From Cyclobacteriaceae bacterium (lineage in GTDB: Bacteria > Bacteroidota > Bacteroidia > Cytophagales > Cyclobacteriaceae), in NCBI GenBank assembly GCA_958296015.1, contig CATQIH010000032.1, positions 85,795 through 149,794 on the forward strand: a DNA stretch of 64,000 nt. The letters run 5' to 3'. A model generated the notes under the pieces. The model worked only from the letters and a program-made list of their open reading frames with translations. It searched no databases and was not told where the DNA came from. This document shows, in pieces, positions 56,761-64,000 of the stretch. Each line of letters starts with the position of its first letter. The first letter of the stretch is position 1. The position numbers and the translations under genes are program-made.

Positions 56761-58207
56761 TTAATTCCATCCGCCACCCAATGCCTGGTAAATGTTAACC
56801 AGGGCATTCATTTGCTGCCTTTTAGTTTCAACCAGTTCAAACCTTGATTCCAGCGCGTCACGCTGGGTCAGAAGCACTTCCATGTAGTCGGCTCTTGCTG
56901 AGGTGAAAAGGTCGTTGGATATCTTAATCGACTGGGTAAGTGCCTGCACTTCCTGGGATTTCAAATCATAACTTTTTTTCCGATATTGTTGATCATAGAT
57001 AGCTGATTGGTCACCTCAATATAAGCATTTAAGATGGTACGTTCGTAATTGTAAACAAGCCTGAATCTGCCTGGCATTGGCACTGGCATACGTTGCTTTG
57101 ATCGCATTCTTGTTGATCAACGGGGCAGCTAAATCTCCAAATAGCGAAAAAAGCATAGACTCAGGTGTCTTCAACAAATACGCCGGATTGAATGCCTGAA
57201 AGCCGATGCCTGCAGAAATGCCCAGGGTTGGATAAAAGTTGGCTCTGGGCCACCTTCACATCCAGCTTGGCTGCCGCCAGATCCAGTTCGGCCTGCCTGA
57301 TATCCGGGCGGTTCGACAACAGTTGTGATGGAATACCAGCATAAATAGTGTCAGGCATCAAATCACTGAAAGTCTGAGAATTTCTTGGAATCGTCTGCGG
57401 ATACCGGCCTACCAGAAAGTTGAGCCTGTTCTCAGTTTCTGTGATGTTTTGCTGAATATTATACTGAAGGCTTCTGGTGTTGAGCACCTGTGCTTCAAAC
57501 CTGCGTACTGCCAGCTCAGTTACCCGGGTAGCTTGTTTTTGTAGCTTCACAATTTTTAGGGCGTTGGTCTGGATGGCAATATTCTGCTGTACGATAGCCA
57601 GCTGATTGTCGAGTGCCAGCAACTCGTAATAAGAGTTGGCAATTTCAGCCACCAGATTGGTCACCATGAAATTTCTTCCTTCCACGCTGGATAGATACCT
57701 GCTTACTGCCGCTTTTTTAGCATTGCGCAGCTTATGCCATATATCTATTTCCCAGTTAGCAAAGACTCCCACAAGATAATCCTGCAAAGGGTCAGGAAAT
57801 TCTTTCTTTGGCTCGATATCCGTAGTTGCTTCAACAGCACCCGGACGGGTATACCGGCCTACTTTTTCTGCCCCGGCACCAGCTCTTATGCCCAAAAAAG
57901 GCAAATACTCCCCTTTTCTGATCCTTACTTCGTTTCTGGTGATCTGAATTTCCTGCAAAGTAATGTTCAGTTCCTGGTTATTGGTCAGGGCAGTATCAAC
58001 CAGGGCAGTCAGGTAAGGATCGGTAAAGTAATCCTTCCACTGTACCTTTGCCGTATTGATAGTATCCTGCGAGCCATTGTAGCTCGCAGGGACTTTTGTG
58101 TTTGCTGTTCTTTCAACCAGGCCAGAGGTTTTGCAGGCCGAAAAAACCAAAGCCATGCAGGCTATGCCTACGCATTGATATATAATTCTTTTAAACATTG
58201 TGTACAT
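56761..58207 (-). pseudogene. TolC-family outer membrane efflux lipoprotein, frameshifted (or sequencing errors)
   Basis: Lipobox FSAC, PSQLLSNRPDIRQAE, C-terminal DYMEVLLTQRD...YQALGGGW. Frame breaks near 57248, 57057 and 56973-56981. Confidence 0.8.
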
Positions 58208-61200
58208 ATTCTTCAGTTAAAGGATTTACTTCTTCATCTCTGATCAGCGGACGGCCATCTGAAAGTTTGCCGAAAACGTAATAAAGGCCAGGAATGATGA
58301 TCACTCCCAGCAGAGTACCAACGAGCATACCTCCAAGGGCTGAGGAGCCAATGGTTCGGTTACCAATAGCCCCTGCGCCGGTGGCAAAAACCAGGGGAAT
58401 CAAGCCTGCAACAAAAGCAAATGAAGTCATTAATATGGGGCGGAAACGCGTTCTGGCACCTTCAATGGCTGCTTCAAAGATGGTTGCTCCTTGCTGGTGT
58501 TTCTGAACGGCAAACTCTACAATCAGTACGGCATTTTTACCCAATAGCCCTACCAACATGATGAGTCCTATCTGTGCATAAATATCATTGTCTAGCCCCA
58601 TGATCTTGAGCAGCAAAAACGAGCCAAATACCCCGACCGGAATAGAAAGAATTACAGCAAAAGGCAACAAAAAGCTCTCGTACTGTGCTGCCAGCACAAA
58701 GTAGACGAAGGCCAGCACAACGACAAAGATCCAGATAGCCTCGTTCCCGCTTGCCGCTTCGTCGTAAGAAAGACCTTCCCAGGCAATGTCATAGCCCTTG
58801 GGCAACGTCTGCTGAGACACTTCCCGTATGGCCTGAATAGCATCTGCGGTGGTGTATCCCTTTGCCGGAAGCCCGCGAATGGCCGCTGAGTTATACATAT
58901 TGTACCGGGTTACCTCGTTGGGTCCCTGCTTTTTCTCAATCTTCATAAATGCTGAGTAGGGCACCATTTCTCCATGATCATTTTTGACAAACAGCTTTAA
59001 AACATCCGATGGAAGCCTTCTGAATTTTGGATCGGATTGAACGTACACTTTGAAAAAACGATCAAACTTGATAAATCCCTGTTCGTAGGTACTTCCTATC
59101 AGAATATTGAGGTTTTCCATCGCATCTCCAATAGATACGCCCTTTTGCATGGCAAGCTCATTGTCTATCACCAATTCGTACTGAGGATAATTGGCTGCAA
59201 AAAAAGTAAACAAGCCGGTGAGTTCTTTGCGCTTGCCCAGGTTGTCCATGAATTCCTTATTGATTTTGTCAAACTCCTGGTAATCGGTATTGGTGGTTTT
59301 ATCCAGCAGACGCAAAGAAAAACCCGCAGAAGATCCAAAGCCCGGAACAGCCGGTGGCTCAAAAAACTCCACAATAGCACCCAGTCCCTTAGATTCCTCC
59401 TCTAGCTCTTCCATAATTTCCCGGACACCATGTTTGCGTTCCGACCAGGGTTTGAGGTTGATCAGGCAAGTCCCTGCATTAGAACCCCTTCCTTCGGTCA
59501 TGATCTCGTAACCAGCCAGTGAGGACACTGATTCTACCCCTTCAATTTCTTCGCAAATTTTCTGAAGCTTTTGAGAAACCTGGTTGGTTCTTTCCAAGGT
59601 AGCACCCGGAGGCGTTTGAATGATGGCATAGATAGTACCTTGGTCTTCACCAGGGATAAATCCTGACGGTAGCACCTGGTTTTCCACCAATATACCTACG
59701 CAGAATACCAACAAGATACCAAAAGTGACCATTCTTCGGCTCACGATTCGCCTTAACAGATTTGCATAACTTCCCGTAAGTCTTTCAAATCCACGGTTAA
59801 AGCTGTCGAGAAACCTGTTGAGCCATGTTCTTTTCCTGGTTTTTCCATGAGTATTCTTCAACAGCATCGCGCACAGCACTGGAGTAAGGGTAAGTGCCAC
59901 TACACCTGAAAGAACAATTGCAGAGGCCATCGTAATAGAAAACTGCCGGTAGAATATACCCACTGGCCCTGTCATAAATGCCAGAGGAACAAATACTGCG
60001 GTCATCACAGCGGTGATAGCAATGATAGCACCACTGATTTCATGAAGTACTTCCTGGGTGGCTCTGTAAGGGGAGAGATTCTTTTCTTCCATCTTGGCAT
60101 GCACAGCCTCTACCACCACAATAGCGTTATCTACCACAATACCAATCGCCAGTACCAGCGCAAACAACGTGATCAGGTTAATAGAAATTCCAAAAAACTG
60201 CATGATAAAAAACGCTCCGATCAGTGATACCGGAACGGCCAGCGTTGGAATCAACGTAGAACGCCAGTCGCCCAGGAACAAGAACACTACTACAGCCACG
60301 AGTATAAAAGCTTCGCCAAGTGTATGGAGTACCTTTTCAATAGAGGCATCCAGAAACTGAGATACATCATAGCTGATCTGATAATCCATGCCAGGAGGGA
60401 AAGTGGCTTTCATGTCCTCGAGCTTGGCTTTTACTTCTGCAATGACATCACTGGCATTACTACCATAGTTTTGCTTCAATACAATGGCAGCCGAGGGGTG
60501 ACCATCCAGGTTGGAATAGATATCAAAGAATTCACTGCCCAACTCAACGGTTGCTATATCTTTCAGATGGATACTTTCACCATCTGGATTGGCCCGGATA
60601 ATAATGTTGTTATACTCATCTGGTTCGCTGTATCTGCCCTTGTAAGTTAATACATACTCAAGAGACTGAGCAGATATACCGGAGCTTTGCCCCAACCTGC
60701 CCGGACGACCTACAATACTCTGAGTGGCTAGGGCTTCCATTACGTCGTCTACCGAAATGTTGTATGCCCGCATACGATCGGGGTTAAGCCAGACGCGCAT
60801 GGCATACCTTCGGCTACCTAATATCTGTGCACTGGCTACCCCTTTGGTTCTGTTGATTTCAGGGATCATCTGGACGCTGGCGTAGTTGTACAGAAATTTT
60901 TCATCCATACTTTTATCCTTTGCATACAGGTTGACATACATCAACATACTAGGCTGAATAGGCGTAATCACTACGCCTTCGCGCTGCACCAGCTCCGGCA
61001 GCAATGGCATCACCTGGTCTACCCGTGTTTTCACCCGGATCACCGCCTGGTTAGGATCGGTACCCGGTTCAAAAATCAGCCTGATGGTGGCTTCTCCGGC
61101 ACTGGTAGCATCTGTGGCCATATACCGCATATCCTGAACACCGTTGAGGGAGTTTTCCAGGGTGATCATGGTAGACTTTACCAATACATCGGCACTGGCT

Positions 61201-61352
61201 CCAGGGTAAGCAATAGAAACGTTTACTGTGGTTGGCGCGATCTGAGGGAATTGAGATATGGGCAACTGCATAATTGCCAATGCCCCTACGAAAATGATAA
61301 CGACCGAAATGACGATGGCAAAGACCGGTCTGTGTATGATTTTACTAAACAT
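58191..61352 (-). CDS. RND efflux permease (HAE1/AcrB-like)
   Basis: RPVFA, AIGIVVDNAIVVVE, KNAVLIVEFA, RFRPILMTS. Confidence 0.96.
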   Translation of the reverse strand: MFSKIIHRPVFAIVISVVIIFVGALAIMQLPISQFPQIAPTTVNVSIAYPGASADVLVKSTMITLENSLNGVQDMRYMATDATSAGEATIRLIFEPGTDPNQAVIRVKTRVDQVMPLLPELVQREGVVITPIQPSMLMYVNLYAKDKSMDEKFLYNYASVQMIPEINRTKGVASAQILGSRRYAMRVWLNPDRMRAYNISVDDVMEALATQSIVGRPGRLGQSSGISAQSLEYVLTYKGRYSEPDEYNNIIIRANPDGESIHLKDIATVELGSEFFDIYSNLDGHPSAAIVLKQNYGSNASDVIAEVKAKLEDMKATFPPGMDYQISYDVSQFLDASIEKVLHTLGEAFILVAVVVFLFLGDWRSTLIPTLAVPVSLIGAFFIMQFFGISINLITLFALVLAIGIVVDNAIVVVEAVHAKMEEKNLSPYRATQEVLHEISGAIIAITAVMTAVFVPLAFMTGPVGIFYRQFSITMASAIVLSGVVALTLTPVLCAMLLKNTHGKTRKRTWLNRFLDSFNRGFERLTGSYANLLRRIVSRRMVTFGILLVFCVGILVENQVLPSGFIPGEDQGTIYAIIQTPPGATLERTNQVSQKLQKICEEIEGVESVSSLAGYEIMTEGRGSNAGTCLINLKPWSERKHGVREIMEELEEESKGLGAIVEFFEPPAVPGFGSSAGFSLRLLDKTTNTDYQEFDKINKEFMDNLGKRKELTGLFTFFAANYPQYELVIDNELAMQKGVSIGDAMENLNILIGSTYEQGFIKFDRFFKVYVQSDPKFRRLPSDVLKLFVKNDHGEMVPYSAFMKIEKKQGPNEVTRYNMYNSAAIRGLPAKGYTTADAIQAIREVSQQTLPKGYDIAWEGLSYDEAASGNEAIWIFVVVLAFVYFVLAAQYESFLLPFAVILSIPVGVFGSFLLLKIMGLDNDIYAQIGLIMLVGLLGKNAVLIVEFAVQKHQQGATIFEAAIEGARTRFRPILMTSFAFVAGLIPLVFATGAGAIGNRTIGSSALGGMLVGTLLGVIIIPGLYYVFGKLSDGRPLIRDEEVNPLTEEYVHNV

Positions 61353-61377
61353 GTTTTCTTTTTTTCAGGATAAGTAA

Positions 61378-62469
61378 TTATTCTGCGTATAAATCTAAGT
61401 GCGAAATGGCCGAATCACCATTCACGACATTATAGGCTATTTCTTGGTTTTCTCTCACAAGGCGTAAGCCTTCCAGCAGAAACTTATCATTTTCATGCAA
61501 GCCTTTTGTCACCGCAAAGAGATGTGGCATTTCCGCACCAACAGTGATTTCTCTTGACTGTACAACGCTGTCTTCGTTGACCACAAAAACATACTTTTTG
61601 TCCAATACTTCAAAAGTGGCCTTCTGAGGAATCAGGAGCGCGTTCTGTAGCGGTACCCGCAATAACACACTGCCGGTTTCTCCATGCCGCAGCAGGTTAT
61701 CCGGATTGGGAAATGTTGCCCTGAAAGCAATGTTTCCGGTTTCGTTGTTAAAGTCTGCCTCAATGGTTTCCACCACTCCCGGAAACTTAAATATCTTGTT
61801 GTTTGGCATCAGCAGGCTCACTTCGCTTCTGTCCTCTGCTTCCACATCGGATTTATAATCCAGATATTCAGCCTCCGGCACATTAAAATAGGCCCACACT
61901 TTTCTGTTATCAGATAAGCTGGTAAGCAATTCTCCTTCGTCTACCAGGCTTCCCTCTCTGACATGGAAGCGATCCATGATGCCATCAAAAGGTGCTCTGA
62001 TCTCTGTAAAACCTAGGTGAACTTTAGCCAAAGCAAGTTCAGCTTTTGCTTTTTCAAGTTTGGCCTTAGACATGGCCAGTTCATTTTTGGACACGATATT
62101 GCTATCCGCCAGCGACCTTGTATTCTGGTATTCAATTTCGGCAACATCCGCTTCAGCCTTTGATTTCTGCACTTCGGCATTGTACACTTTGGGCATGATT
62201 TGAAACATGAGCTGGCCCTTTTTTACAGATTGGCCCTCATCTACGAAAATGCCTTGTATGTAGCCTTTTTCCAGTGCCCTTAATTCAATATGCTGGGTAG
62301 AACGAATCTGGCATACGTAATCTTTGGTAATTGAAGTATCCATTTTCACCGGAGTGGTCACCAAAAATTCGGCTTCGCTTTCCTTGTGTTCTTCTCCATT
62401 TGAGGACGTACAGCTTGTGTGGTACAACAAGGCACACAAACTCATGAGCATGAGAATTCTGTTCAACAT
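61378..62469 (-). CDS. RND periplasmic adaptor (membrane fusion protein)
   Basis: Lipoprotein-like N-terminus, V.EGQSVKKGQLMF, IRAPFDG. Confidence 0.94.
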   Translation of the reverse strand: MLNRILMLMSLCALLYHTSCTSSNGEEHKESEAEFLVTTPVKMDTSITKDYVCQIRSTQHIELRALEKGYIQGIFVDEGQSVKKGQLMFQIMPKVYNAEVQKSKAEADVAEIEYQNTRSLADSNIVSKNELAMSKAKLEKAKAELALAKVHLGFTEIRAPFDGIMDRFHVREGSLVDEGELLTSLSDNRKVWAYFNVPEAEYLDYKSDVEAEDRSEVSLLMPNNKIFKFPGVVETIEADFNNETGNIAFRATFPNPDNLLRHGETGSVLLRVPLQNALLIPQKATFEVLDKKYVFVVNEDSVVQSREITVGAEMPHLFAVTKGLHENDKFLLEGLRLVRENQEIAYNVVNGDSAISHLDLYAE

Positions 62470-62640
62470 AATTTTGATTTTTAAAACGATACAGTTTTTT
62501 GATAGTTTTTAAAAGGTATGCGGACTACACAGTACACATATGTATCTTTGTAGCTTAATGCTATAGATACTGGTCAGTGAAATAAAACAGCATGGAATTT
62601 AAAGGTCAGGCAATTGTAATTTGCCTGAGCAGGGTTTTAA

Positions 62641-63066
62641 TCATAGCCTGATCACCCGGAATATAAGATACCACTTGTAGGATGAAAAGTAGATTGAATG
62701 CTTACAGGAGGGTAAGCACGTTTTGATGAAACGGCAGCAATACCCAAAGGTTAGGGCATAAAAAAGAGCAGTAAAGAAATGACTGCTCTCCAAATATTTT
62801 TTGAAAGAAATTGATATATAGTCTTCTTCTACAATCTCTGCGGCATTTATTTTAGCATTTTCTCTTTCTGTGACGGCTGGGGAAGAACTGATGATCAGGG
62901 GTTGATCATGCTGTATGAATTCTAACCTGGCTTGTTCTGATTCTTTAGAAGTTTTTATGAAAGAAGTGCTGTTACACTCCTGAGAAGGATAAGCGTACAA
63001 CTGGCTGTATTCGCTCAACAGCAGAACACACAGAGATAAAAGAAATCTAACTAAAAAGTGGATCAT
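62641..63066 (-). CDS. hypothetical protein upstream of the RND operon
   Basis: 141 aa; signal-like N-terminus, C-terminal hydrophobic segment ending YLIFRVIRL. Confidence 0.6.
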   Translation of the reverse strand: MIHFLVRFLLSLCVLLLSEYSQLYAYPSQECNSTSFIKTSKESEQARLEFIQHDQPLIISSSPAVTERENAKINAAEIVEEDYISISFKKYLESSHFFTALFYALTFGYCCRFIKTCLPSCKHSIYFSSYKWYLIFRVIRL

Positions 63067-63308
63067 TTAGCTTCAAAAGTATAGAATGCTAATTATACAG
63101 ACAAGGGCGAATTATTAAATATTATTACATACAACTGACATACGTTGTAATTATTATATTGTTTTGAGTTCTTTATAATCAAATGCATATTTTTTATATG
63201 TCAGAAAAACATACTGCATTATACTAAAATATTAGATTATAATAAAAATATTAACCTATTTTTTAAAATTATCTATTGAACAAAATAAGATTTACAAAAT
63301 TTTAGCTA

Positions 63309-64000
63309 TCAAATTTTAGGGCTAACTTCTGTTTGCCTACGAGGTAGATCAACCAACTTCATACCAAACAATTGCCGAAGGTGATTTTTGAGCTTTTCTT
63401 CTACTTCCTGCAAAGGCACCTCATGTCCTATTTCTTCTTTCAGTGATGTCACAGCTTTGTCGTTGATGCCACAAGGAATGATGTTATTGAAATACTGCAA
63501 GTCGGTATTCACATTTAGCGCAAACCCGTGCATAGTTACCCAGCGGCTGGACTTTACACCCATCGCACAGATTTTTCGAGGACGATTCTGGTCTTCATAG
63601 CCTATCCAGACACCGGTTAGCCCTGCTATTCTACCGGCGGCCACATCGTATTCTGCCAATGTCAGGATCACGGCCTCTTCCAGGTAGCGTAGGTACTTAT
63701 GAATATCCGTAAAAAAATTATCCAGGTCGAGAATAGGATAGCCTACCACCTGTCCCGGACCATGATAGGTAATATCTCCTCCCCTGTTGATCTTGTAGAA
63801 TTGTATTTGCCTGTCGGCCAGTTCTTGTTCTGTCAGAAGCAAATGCTCCAAGTGCCCACTTTTGCCCAGCGTATACACAGCTGGATGCTGGCAAAACAGT
63901 AAATAGTTGTGGGTAGGTTGCTGTGGTGCAAGCCCTTGCCGTTTGCGGTTGGCAATTTTGGCTTGCACCGTGTCGGCAAAAAGTTGTTCCTGGTAGTCCC
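63309..64000 (-). CDS. lipB: lipoyl(octanoyl) transferase (5' end beyond the window)
   Basis: HPAVYTLGKSG, RGGDITYHGPGQ, KICAMG, HGFALNV, IIPCGI; the frame stays open to the window edge. Confidence 0.96.
   Translation of the reverse strand, partial: DYQEQLFADTVQAKIANRKRQGLAPQQPTHNYLLFCQHPAVYTLGKSGHLEHLLLTEQELADRQIQFYKINRGGDITYHGPGQVVGYPILDLDNFFTDIHKYLRYLEEAVILTLAEYDVAAGRIAGLTGVWIGYEDQNRPRKICAMGVKSSRWVTMHGFALNVNTDLQYFNNIIPCGINDKAVTSLKEEIGHEVPLQEVEEKLKNHLRQLFGMKLVDLPRRQTEVSPKI

Noticed and set aside
1-64000. tRNA, rRNA, riboswitch or prophage
   Set aside because: No cloverleaf, rRNA-like tract, recognisable riboswitch or phage structural gene was seen by eye; a tRNAscan/Infernal run would be needed to exclude small RNAs.

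Overview
A 64 kb chromosomal window from a Bacteroidota genome, probably Cytophagales (inferred from a T9SS C-terminal sorting domain, TAnnTTTG promoter motifs and Bacteroidota-type gene families). It starts with a surface-polysaccharide locus (GT4/GT2 glycosyltransferases, SAM methyltransferases, wzt). That locus carries a DUF559 endonuclease gene bracketed by two ~75 bp inverted, self-palindromic repeats, an IS50-like IS4 element inserted into one of those repeats, and a RelE toxin-antitoxin pair lying between two copies of the wzt 5' end. Next come a LacI regulator, a pentose-phosphate operon (tkt-rpiB-gnd-zwf::pgl fusion), an uncharacterised four-gene secreted-protein operon ending in a T9SS cargo, proline dehydrogenase and shikimate genes. 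After a second, probably dead IS come acyl-CoA dehydrogenase, an FNT transporter, PadR/PspC, rhomboid and polyprenyl synthase. An accessory hotspot follows (repeat-bounded TA cassette, long perfect palindrome, 62 bp hairpin array). The window ends with agmatine deiminase/C-N hydrolase, fasciclin, an EF-hand lipoprotein, Prx, Rpn, lptD/amidase/mlaD, an RND efflux operon and lipB. At least five unrelated palindromic repeat families occur, with no REP-associated transposase in the window. Several single-base insertions cluster at 53.9-57.3 kb and may be sequencing errors. No tRNA, rRNA or CRISPR array was seen. All calls come from reading the sequence; no database search was run.
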